A stretch of 60,688 nt of DNA from Spirogloea muscicola (lineage: Eukaryota). The position numbers and the translations under genes are program-made. The stretch lies in the NCBI GenBank assembly GCA_009602725.1, contig WELB01000018.1, forward strand, positions 1,052,354-1,113,041. The letters are read 5' to 3'. Position 1 is the stretch's first letter. The number at the start of each line of letters is the position of its first letter. Of the stretch, positions 46,623 to 56,469 are shown in pieces. The notes under the pieces are model-generated. The model was not told the origin of the DNA. It did no database searches and saw only the letters and a list, made by a program, of their open reading frames with translations.

Positions 46623-47245
46623 NNNNNNNNNNNNNNNNNNNNNNNNNNNNNNNNNNNNNNNNNNNNNNNNNNNNNNNNNNNNNNNNNNNNNNNNNNNNNN
46701 NNNNNNNNNNNNNNNNNNNNNNNNNNNNNNNNNNNNNNNNNNNNNNNNNNNNNNNNNNNNNNNNNNNNNNNNNNNNNNNNNNNNNNNNNNNNNNNNNNNN
46801 NNNNNNNNNNNNNNNNNNNNNNNNNNNNNNNNNNNNNNNNNNNNNNNNNNNNNNNNNNNNNNNNNNNNNNNNNNNNNNNNNNNNNNNNNNNNNNNNNNNN
46901 NNNNNNNNNNNNNNNNNNNNNNNNNNNNNNNNNNNNNNNNNNNNNNNNNNNNNNNNNNNNNNNNNNNNNNNNNNNNNNNNNNNNNNNNNNNNNNNNNNNN
47001 NNNNNNNNNNNNNNNNNNNNNNNNNNNNNNNNNNNNNNNNNNNNNNNNNNNNNNNNNNNNNNNNNNNNNNNNNNNNNNNNNNNNNNNNNNNNNNNNNNNN
47101 NNNNNNNNNNNNNNNNNNNNNNNNNNNNNNNNNNNNNNNNNNNNNNNNNNNNNNNNNNNNNNNNNNNNNNNNNNNNNNNNNNNNNNNNNNNNNNNNNNNN
47201 NNNNNNNNNNGGCGCCCCCCCGCGCCCGGCAAGCGCGTCGGCCCG

Positions 47246-47287
47246 TGACGTCATGCCCCGGCGCGCCCCTGGCGCCCGCCACGTGGC
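47246..47287. promoter_or_regulatory. bZIP sites (C-box TGACGTCA and G-box GCCACGTGGC) upstream of SAT
   Basis: Perfect palindromes at 47246-47253 and 47278-47287. Confidence 0.45.
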
Positions 47288-47883
47288 CCTCCGCGGTTGC
47301 CCAGCCGGCGGGCGCCCGAGCGGCCACCCCCCTCCCTTCTCGTCGTGGAGGCCCGCCATGGCCGCACCTGCACTCCCCCCCGCCCCGCCCCTTCGCCTTG
47401 CCCCGCCAGTTGGCTGAGCTCATCCAGCCCAGCAAGCGTCTCCGGGGCTTCCCCTGGACCTTGCCCACCTCTTCTTGCTCCTCCCGGGCTGGCCTCCCTC
47501 GGCCGCAGCATCCTCTTGGAGCTCTGTTCGCTCTCGGACAGGCCGCGCTGTGGCTGCTGCCTCTGGGCCTTGTTCGGGCTAACTCTTTTCCACTTGCACT
47601 CCGACTTGCGACTGCTGACTCGGTTACTGAGCTCCCATCCGCTGGAGCCACTTGCATGGCTGTGTGATCAAGTTTCAGAGATGTAAGCTTATCTACCTTC
47701 GTCAAGTGCGAGTCAAGGCCCAAGCTTGGTCACTACCTCAGGGAACTTCCAATTGGACCTTCATGGAGGTCAATTTCAACGCTGAAGCAGAAAGAGCTTC
47801 ACTCGATGGGAAACCCGAAGAAAGTGATTGCTAAGGGTGAGAAAATCATTGATCATCATGGGAAACTGTACAGATGTGCAATG

Positions 47884-49659
47884 CTATCGTACACAGAACA
47901 ACTCCAGCGGGACTTTCAGGCCAACTGCAGGCCCTATATGTGAAAACCATGATAGAATGTATGTCTTTTCGGATGAAGATATGTTCACATTGCATATCTT
48001 TGCCTCCTGTGAGTAAGAGTTGACGTTGGCATCTGTTCCGGCGTTCTGCCAATGACAGTATATCTGCTCTTGCTCGTTGCTGTGCTTGCGGTCGTCAACA
48101 TGCGCGACCTGTAATCTACTTGGAGTCTGAGATTTGCCAGGAAGTCTCAAGGAAGAGAGCAGCAGGTGCATGATTGTTGGTGTTTCGCAGGGGTGGAGGC
48201 CAAAGCATGGTCTATGCCAGATGGGATGCTCCTGCTTAACAAGACAGCCAGTTGGAAGTCAGCGCAGGTCTACAACAGCAGCTGAGCTGACGCACATAAA
48301 GCACCAGAAGCCAAAATGGGTGGCAGAACAGGAGGTCATGCAGACAAGAAAGTGCACCTGCTGCGTCAGGAAAGTCCATCTATTGCCTCGAATGTACGCT
48401 TGACTGTGCATGGGCAGGTCTGCTACTACTTCCTCCCAATTGCAGGGCTGCCCAGCTGCTCCAGTGACAGGTGCAAGCATCCGGGAAGATCAGGCTCATG
48501 TTGAAAAAGCTGAGGAATTGACAAGGGCTTAAAGAGAGGCGGCTCATGGACTGTGCTGGGTGCTCAATCAACGGCAATGATTCGACACAAGGTTCTGCAC
48601 TGGGAAGGGCATAAAGTTGCGCACAGAGTGGCATACTAGATGCAGCACCCACAGTGTCGATTGTGCATCTCCCTGTGGCTCACTCACAGCAATGATGAGC
48701 CTGAAGTAGCAGCACTGGCACTCTGAAAGTGTAACTATAGACAATGTCGTAGACGTAAGTGACATAGTTGGTGCTCGCTGCTGGGAGCTCCTGTTCATCC
48801 TGTGGGACAAGGAAAATCTCAAGGACTTCCTTTGGTGCATACACTAGCATAGCGAAAGCAGACTTACAACGGATGTCCATGCAGGTCAACGTCATGACAC
48901 CCTTGATACAGTTGGAAAGCTTGGGACATTCTCGATAATAGACTGATAACGAGCGCTGCAGCCTCATGCTGACTAATGCAAGCCTGGAGGCAGTATGCCG
49001 CAGCCTTGCTCATGCGGGTGCACGTACCACAGGCTGCGCTAGTCGTCGCTGCGCGACTTCGATCTGGGCATCGGCGAGAAGCTCATCGCCAGCCGCAGGG
49101 ACCTGTCTGATCAAGCGGTAGCCGACAAGCCCCTGGCTGGCTGGTCATGGATGGTCATGCCACACGTGCCACTACTGCTGATGGACTACCCGTGGGCGCC
49201 AGCACCCGTGACAAAGCTGCTCGTCGTCAGCTGAGGAATGCCACGGCACCCGAGCTTCCTTTTGGCGAGCGATGCCGAGAGGCAGCTCCCTAATGGCAAG
49301 GGCCGCCAGCGTGCCGCACCTCTCGACGGGCCGAGGGCGCGGCGCCGTTGCAGGGCTGGATGCGCGTCATAGTGAGGTACCCGCCGGCCTGGCCACCAGG
49401 AAGACAAGTGCGAGAGTCACCCGCTAGGCCGATTTCCGGGGTGCCGCAACCAGCGACGCGGCCTTGGGGGGCTGGCGGCGGGCCCGAGCGGCGGGATGTC
49501 TCTGCCCGGCGCTCGGCGGCCTCGGAGGCGCACCTCGGCCGCGGGGGCGTGTCGCCACTCCCAGGCAGCTTCAGCGGCGGGCTGCCGCCGCCACGCCGCC
49601 AGAAAGTGCGCCGCGGAGCGCCGGAAGGCCGCGGGGCCCAGCTCGCCGGCGGCGGGCAT
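47884..49659 (-). CDS. ATG10: Autophagy E2-like enzyme ATG10, spliced
   Basis: YDIVYSYTFRVPVLL, WTFLTQQ|EHPIWHRPCFGLHPCET (catalytic HPC) and YILSWFSHIGPAVGLKVP. ATG at 49659. Confidence 0.93.
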
Positions 49660-49782
49660 GGCTGCCAGGCTCCGGCGAGGGGGCCGGGACGCCGCTACCT
49701 GCAACCGTTGGGCGCCGCTAAGTCCTCGACGGAATAGCGGATAGCGGATAGCGGCACCGGTAGCTGCAGAGCCGCTGGAATC

Positions 49783-49792
49783 GCCACGTGGC
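49783..49792. promoter_or_regulatory. G-box centred in the 245-bp ATG10/NTF2 bidirectional promoter
   Basis: GCCACGTGGC lies almost midway between ATGs 49659 (-) and 49905 (+). Confidence 0.5.
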
Positions 49793-49871
49793 GGGGCTCC
49801 GGTTTCTGGGCCCAGCCCTCGGGACTGCAGGGCGCTGCTCACCCCCCGCCGCCCGCCGAGCCCCGCCACCG

Positions 49872-49904
<33 letters not shown>

Positions 49905-49905
<1 letters not shown>

Positions 49906-51154
49906 TGCAGGACCCGAAGAGGGAGATCGTGGACGTGGTGCGCGGCCTGGTGACGCGGCCCAGCCTGCAGCAGCAGGCGGACATCATCCGGCGCTACTTC
50001 GCGCCGGACGTCTCCTTCTCGCACTACTACATCAGCATCGGGCGCAGCGCCGCGGACCTGACGGCCATCTACCAATTCGCCAACCTGGCCGTGCGCTACC
50101 AGCGCGTCGAGTTCGAGCAGGTGCTGTACGACGCCGAGGCGGACGCCATCACGCTGCACATGAAGGTCTATGTGCGTCCCTGGCACTTCTTCTGGCGCGA
50201 GTCCATCCTCGAGTTTCTCTGCCTCCTCGAGCTCGAGGACTTCACGCCGCCTCAGGTCAATGGCGCGCTGCACCTTGCCGCAGCCGCTGCAGCTGCTGCT
50301 CTGTACAAATATACCCGCCTTTGGCCTGCCAGCGCAGAGGGCATGTCACCTGCGTTGCCCGTCAATTGCTCAAACCGGCGGCCTCGTCGGACTCGTGCAG
50401 CGGCCCGAGTGCAGGAGATCTCTTATGCATGAAGATTCTCGATACTTATGACCTCGCAACGCTCTCTCTCGGCTTGCACTGCGCAGTAGAGCTGCTGCCT
50501 GGCCAACTGTGCGTGTGCCAGCGGGGCACGCCCTGGCCAGTCGCTCGACCGCGACAGCGGCCTGCCCGTCAGGGCCGTGCTCCTGCGGCACTGACGGGCC
50601 TCGGTGTGCTTGCTGGCAGGAGGACGGAGCCGGCGCTGGGCGGCCCCCGAAGACGCTCAAGCGCATCAAGCGGCAGCATGACTACTTCCAGCGCGGGCCG
50701 ATCCTCGTGCTCACGCCCGTCATTGGGCCCATTTATGCCTCCCAGTCAATGCGGCTCGTCATTGGACATATGCAGGTGAGCAGAACACCTGCCCCCCACG
50801 TGCATCGCCCACCCTCTCACAGTAACTCGTGCATCTCTGCCATGCCCTTGTCAAACTCGTGGAGTTCCTGTGTGGGTCACGTTATTCAAGTCTGGCTTAA
50901 CTGAGTTGCTTGCGCCAAGAGCTTGATATGAGGACTACGTGAGGACTGTGATGACGTCTCCTACAAGTGCTTCCTTGCTGCTAATGGCTGGCAGCGGGCC
51001 ATGTCTCAAGTGAGCTCCTGTCTCAAATGTGCAGGCATTCTTCCTCAGGCTGCTTCGAAACTTGGTCTGCATGCTCCTGCCAGACTCCATCTCACATGGC
51101 CTGGGGGGTGTCAGGCACAGCCATGTAGCTGGTGGCGACCCAATGCTTACTTAA
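49905..51154 (+). CDS. NTF2/SnoaL-like fold protein (exons 49905-50255, 50620-50775, 51035-51154)
   Basis: MQDPKREIVDVVRGLV.RPSLQQQADIIRRYFAPDVSFSH...IKRQHDYFQ resembles the SigF-like NTF2 family as I recall it from fungi. Phase-0 GT-AG introns. Confidence 0.75.
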
Positions 51155-51414
51155 GTCCTGCTCTACGAGGTGAGGCCAGGCCGTCAAACAGTTGGTCCTC
51201 AGCATGGCTCATAACTTGGTCAATGCATTCCAAGCATCACTGATTAGTTTCATGGCAATTATTCATGAGCATGCAGCAGTATAATGGCTGTAATCTTTTT
51301 GGCCCGCTGCCCTTAGGAGCTACGCACACTTGTGCTTGAATTTGGTTGGTCATCGGTCAACGTGGTGCAACAACACATCCTGCACACTCCAAATAGTGGG
51401 TGGTCTGTAGCAAC

Positions 51415-54400
51415 TCAAGTGAAAGTTAGCTGCTGCGCCAGCAGCGCACGGAGAAATGGCCCGTCAGCATGGCCCATGCCAAGCACGGCAAGCCCGGCAA
51501 GCTCCCCCTCCCACCTGTCATGGGAGCCATTGGAGATCGAAGTGCTGCTGCCTGCTATAAGGGCCTCTTGCATCGAAGTCCTTGCTTGTGCCAGGCCCTG
51601 GCCAAGCCGCGTATTCATGGCGATGACATGCGAGAGCGCCTCAGCCTCCACTTCAAAGACCTCGAGCCTCTGCGGCCGTGCCGGCAAACAGCAGGACAGC
51701 CATGTAAGGCTCTTCAGCAAGTCCACAGTTGGATTGCCAGAAGCCCCTCGCGACTGTAACTGCTGCTGATTTAGCCTCTGCCCCGGCCTCCCACAGAGCT
51801 CCTGAAAGTGTTCCAGGTCGGAGGGGGTCTGCCGTAGGCTGTCTGCTAGCTCAGCCTGCGGAATGTGCAGCTGCCAGCCTTCCTCCCTCTCCTCGACCAG
51901 GACATCATATAACTGTCTTTTGTCCTGCAGAGTTGCGAACATGCACGGGCTAAGCTTCAGCAAGCAAGCTCCTGCCATGAAGGAGAACAAAAACTCGAGG
52001 CAAGCTAGCGCACATTGTAATAGAGCATGGTTAACAGTACCACCTTCAAGATCGCTTCCGTGGTGCATGCGACGTAGAAGGGAGTCTGCTCCAGGAGCTC
52101 TGTGTCAAGAAGGCCCACACACAGTAGGGGCTTCAATGAACTCGCAGCTCCACCTTTGCCGCCTCCCGGCAGGATCCTCTCTGGTGGCCCTCCTCGGAGT
52201 AGAGCGCACGCCGAGAACACGAGATCACACGAGAAGCTGACAGCTGGCGGGGCCAGAAAGAGGATTCTCTTCCTTAGAAGCATCGCTTTCCAGATTGTGA
52301 TCACCTTCGGGCCTGCAAGCCAACGAGGCAAAAGGTGGCACATATTCATGTGAAAGCCGTGAATAACTGCAGCTTACCAAACGAAGAGCCCTGATACTGT
52401 CTGAAGTGGTAAAGAGCTTCGACGCTTATCCTGCATCTGCTGACGTTCTGCTCATTGTCTTCTGGACTCCAACAGTACCCAGAGTATGCCCACATTTGCG
52501 GGGTGCAGTGGGCTTTGACAACTTGCTGCATACCGAGCTCTTCAATAAACTCGGCGAAGACAGAGCTGCTAGGAGTGCCAGCCAGGGCTCTCAAGGGCGG
52601 GACGTGGTCCGTTGGGTACGGGTGCAAGTTTGCTTTCCCATGCTCCAGCAGCTGCCGCAGCATGCCATAACTTGGTGCCTTATGGCCCTCGTTGAAGTAC
52701 GGTGCACGAAGCCGCAGGCCCTGGAGGCAGGCAACAAGCGGAGCAAGTGTGCTTGCCAGGGCACCAACGCTGCAATGCCATTACGAGCCAAAACTCAGTG
52801 ATTGATCCCGTGTGATGCGTGTCTCAACATGGAAGCATGATCTTAGCAATTTCAGCACCACATGAAGCAATGAGAGCCTGCCCACAAAAGCGGACTGCCT
52901 GTTTGGGCCATTCTGTGTGGCATTCCACAATCGTGCAGCTGTTTCATGAACGTGGCTTCTGACCTACGCATCCGCACAAAGCGCTCCCCTGATCCTATCT
53001 CCAGTGGAAGAAGACGGCTGCAAGCAGGAAGAGGTGGCAGATATCTAGTTGCTCAATACTTGGCAATCCTAAAGTCTTTGCTGATGGCTGCTGCGTTACA
53101 CCACTGAACGGCAAGGCCAACTGCTCCCAGCTCAAAGTGGGATTGTGCGTCAGGACACTGACGGAGCTTCAATCCAAGACTGCAAGCACTCCAGTGCCAA
53201 CCCTGAATGCATGGTTTTGGAAAGTTGCCCATATGAAGCACATGCCTCTGTCCTCTGAACCTACCGGTGGAAGGCAGCCACTCCATAGAGAGCTTGGTGG
53301 CGGAAGAAGCTGCTCAACACAGCACCACAGAAGGGGAGGAGTCACACTAAAGTTCCATGCGCCATGACAAGCTGCAGCATTGTAGTTGGTGGCACAGATA
53401 TAAAGGCTGCTCGGGGGTTTGCAAGAGATGCACTTTCAAATCTGTTGTGTTGGGATGGCTGTCAAGCATTGGTTGGTATGTGCAAAACAGGCAGTGACCA
53501 GCGCAGGTCATCTCACAAGCAGTCTTCTTCCATGACGTGGATGCCTGCGGGGAGCGCATGGAACTCCAGGCCCTGCAAGTGAAGCACGAGGCAGGACCTT
53601 GACAGCATGCTTTATCGCACTCCGATGGATGTCGGAAGGCAATGGTCTGAAGATCTCTGGCGCGTCTCAGGTGTAGGATACAGTGACAGTGGGGCATCGT
53701 AGCTTGCACCTGTGCTGAGAACGTCGGCTCGTTGCCTTCCTGCGCTCGCTCGAAATCGTCCCAGATGCTCTCGCACCATTCTACGATGTTACCTGCTCGC
53801 GGCCAAGTGCAGTGGGTAAGCCCAACTCAGGCTGATGGCCTGCCTGCTGCAGGTGGGCGCACTCGTCTGTACCAAGTGCTTCTGTTTAGTCACGGTAGCC
53901 CTGACCTAGACGTGATAGTGGTGGAGTCCACCAAGAAGGGCAGCAAGAGCGTGTCAAGGCCACACTACAGAACTTGCTTCAGCCGCTCTAGCTTCCTTCA
54001 GCGAAGCCGGATGCTCACCCACATGAGGGTCGAATGCCACGACGAAGGCTGCCACGATCCCCTTGGAGGCGCTTGCCTGGCCCGTGTCAATGGCACACTC
54101 CTCCACCGTATCCCTCACGAATTGCAGACCGCCCTCGTAGCCCAGCTCGGCATACGCTGCATCGGAGGCCCCCTCGACAGCTGGCGACCGTTCGACAGAC
54201 AAGGTCCTCCGCTGCTCCCACTTCCTGCGCTGCCACAAGCAGCGAGCGGCCTGCTCGAGGCGTGCCAGTATGGCGGCCTTGGCGCGTGCTGCATTGTGCG
54301 CAGCAGTGAGGAGAGGGGCGAGCGCGCAGACCTGCCTTTCCTCCCGTCCGTGCCACTGGGCCCGAAGCCGCCCTGCGCTGTGGCCTTACTGTCGGCTAAG

Positions 54401-54486
54401 AGCAGCGGCTCCTCGAGCGCCTCTACATCGGTAGCCGCCGCTGCATTCGCCGCTGTTGCCGCAGTGGCACTTGCTGCAGGTGCCAT
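51415..54486 (-). CDS. DENND11/LCHN-like DENN-domain protein, multi-exon
   Basis: IVAAFVVAFDPHVG|NIVEW, LEFHALPAGIH, GPKVITIWKAMLLRKRILF, VGLLDTELLE...YVACTTEAILK|DKRQLYDVLV. Confidence 0.82.
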
Positions 54487-54793
54487 ATCCGTTCATCCGC
54501 GACCCCTCCGCCATTGACTCATTAGAGTCGCCTGGCTGCAGTCGACTATCGCCGGCGGATAAGGCTGTCAGCATGAAGAGCAGGGCGGAGCCAGAAACAG
54601 CTAAGGCTGCAGAGCCTGCGGTGATGGCGAACAAGTGGCAAGGAGCTGTGAGGCGGAGTCCCCAAGGTCTTGGTGCCAAGCCCAGGGCTGGAGGCTAGAA
54701 GGATATATGGCATAGAGATGAGTGATCAACAGGCCTTGCGTTGCGTTAGGGCGGAGGACCCTGTAGGCCTTGATGGCGGGTGCCTAAACAAAC

Positions 54794-54853
54794 GAAGAAG
54801 TGGCACTCCCAATGGGGGCAAGGGCTGCAAAAAGCCAGCCCAAAAAAGAATTG
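54794..54853 (-). mobile_element. Type A 3' end (60 nt) with candidate 6-bp TSD
   Basis: ACAAAC at 54788-54793 and 54854-54859 around GAAGAAGTGGCACTCCCAATGGGGGCAAGGGCTGC...GCCAGCCC. Confidence 0.8.
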
Positions 54854-55075
54854 ACAAACTCACCGCTACTTGAGTCTACATGTGACCAGGTGGATCTGGC
54901 GGGTCGAGTATGTATTCTTGAAGAAAGGCAACCAATGACGCTCAGGGAACGCATTCAGATAATCCACTGGCTCGGCACTTTCAGATCTTGTACATTCCTT
55001 TGGGCTGGCTCTCACATCCATTGCCTTCATTTGAATAGAGCTGATTCTTCTTTTGTGTCGGCAGGAACAGAAGCG

Positions 55076-55710
55076 TGAGCTGCCCGGCTACAACGCCGCC
55101 GGGTCGCTTGCCCAGGTGTTCTGCATGCGGCTATCCAATCCCTTCCAATTAATGTATCCAGGCTCACCAAGTGCAGTTCTGGGCAGGCCGCGCTTTGGCT
55201 GCTACTTCTGGGTCTCGTCGGGGTACCTCTTCTCCAGCTGCAATTCACTCTGACTTGCGGCTGCTGATTCGGGGTTAGTAAGCTCCCACTCGCTGTAGTC
55301 TCTCGCATAGCTGTGTGGTTTTGGCACCTTTCGGCCCTCGCGCGCAGGACGCGCTCTGGCCGCCGCCTCCAGGTCTCGGCGGAGTGCCTCCTTCCCTGCA
55401 TCGAGCTACTCTGACCTGATGTTGCTCACTCGCGTGTACTGAGCTTCCCTAGTATGCTGTCGTGTTTGGTAGAGTAGTCCTTTTCGGCACCTCTTTCTTT
55501 GGCTTTGGACATTGTCCATTGTTTTTGGGCTGGCTTTGCCAGCCCCTCTTCTCTGTGCTTACCCCTTTGTACTTGGCCATACTGGCCTTCGATTGTTACA
55601 AATGCACGAAATTCTTCTTCGTGGTGGGCGGGCACTTCTCTCTTCGGACCTTGTCCATTCTTTCTGGGCTGGCTTTTCACCTTCCCCGCCCCGTTTGCAA
55701 AAGCTCACTA
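55076..55710 (+). mobile_element. Head-to-tail nest of retrotransposon 3' ends
   Basis: YNAAGSLAQVFCMRLS; GRALAATSG...SDLRLLIRG** (about 55180-55282); ...SYSDLMLLTRVY* (to 55442) plus a type B UTR interrupted by a type D piece (about 55553-55620). Confidence 0.8.
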
Positions 55711-56469
55711 CTTCTATGCCATGGGCTACAGACGAGCAAGATGGGCTAAATCGTTAATTCTTAGTCGCAAATCCAGAGGCTGGCTTGCTCAGCAACCAAA
55801 TCACCACCCCTTTTCATTGGTCGCAAGTGTTAAGTATGCAGTGTCATTGCAGAGGCTTCATCCCATTGCCGGCTCTCGCCAACTCTACATCAAGTAATCA
55901 CAACTGTACAAGCGATTTGTCCTTGCCATGATGAAGGCCACCCAGTCGCCTTTGGCTCGTCTTACTGATCAAACAGACCACACAGGCTGGGTGTACAAGC
56001 CGCTATCATGGAGCTACATGCTTTCATTTCGGAGCAGCGACTCATTCCTGAGTGTGAAAAAAGTTCAAGGGCGCAGAAGCCATGGTGGCCTTCCTGTAAC
56101 TCTCTGATGTATTGACTGTCAGATCTTTCGTTTGCCAACTTGCAACTACTGCCGGATCTTTCCCTGCACTTGTATAAATGAGCTTCCTCAGGCAGAATCT
56201 TACATGCATCACACAAAGGGGTAACTTTGCAAATCATCACATTTGAGCGTGCACTGCTGAGGGATGGCCCCTCTTCCAAGATTGGCCAATCTGCAGATCA
56301 AGCTATTGACAAATATACACGGATATTGGCAGCTGTTGAAGCAGGCCACCGTGCAACAATTTCCATGCAAAGATTGTTCTCATCCCTTGACGTCGTTCAC
56401 GTGGGCCACTTGAAGGTTGTCCTAAACAACACAATGTGTGCGGCTATATCTATATTTGCAGATTAGGAT

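Larger units (their letters stand above)
13989..47210. other. Assembly gaps: 13989-14164, 17620-17846, 22698-22707, 31560-31917, 42700-42788, 46623-47210
   Basis: N runs, each flanked by extremely GC-rich gene 5' sequence. Confidence 1.
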
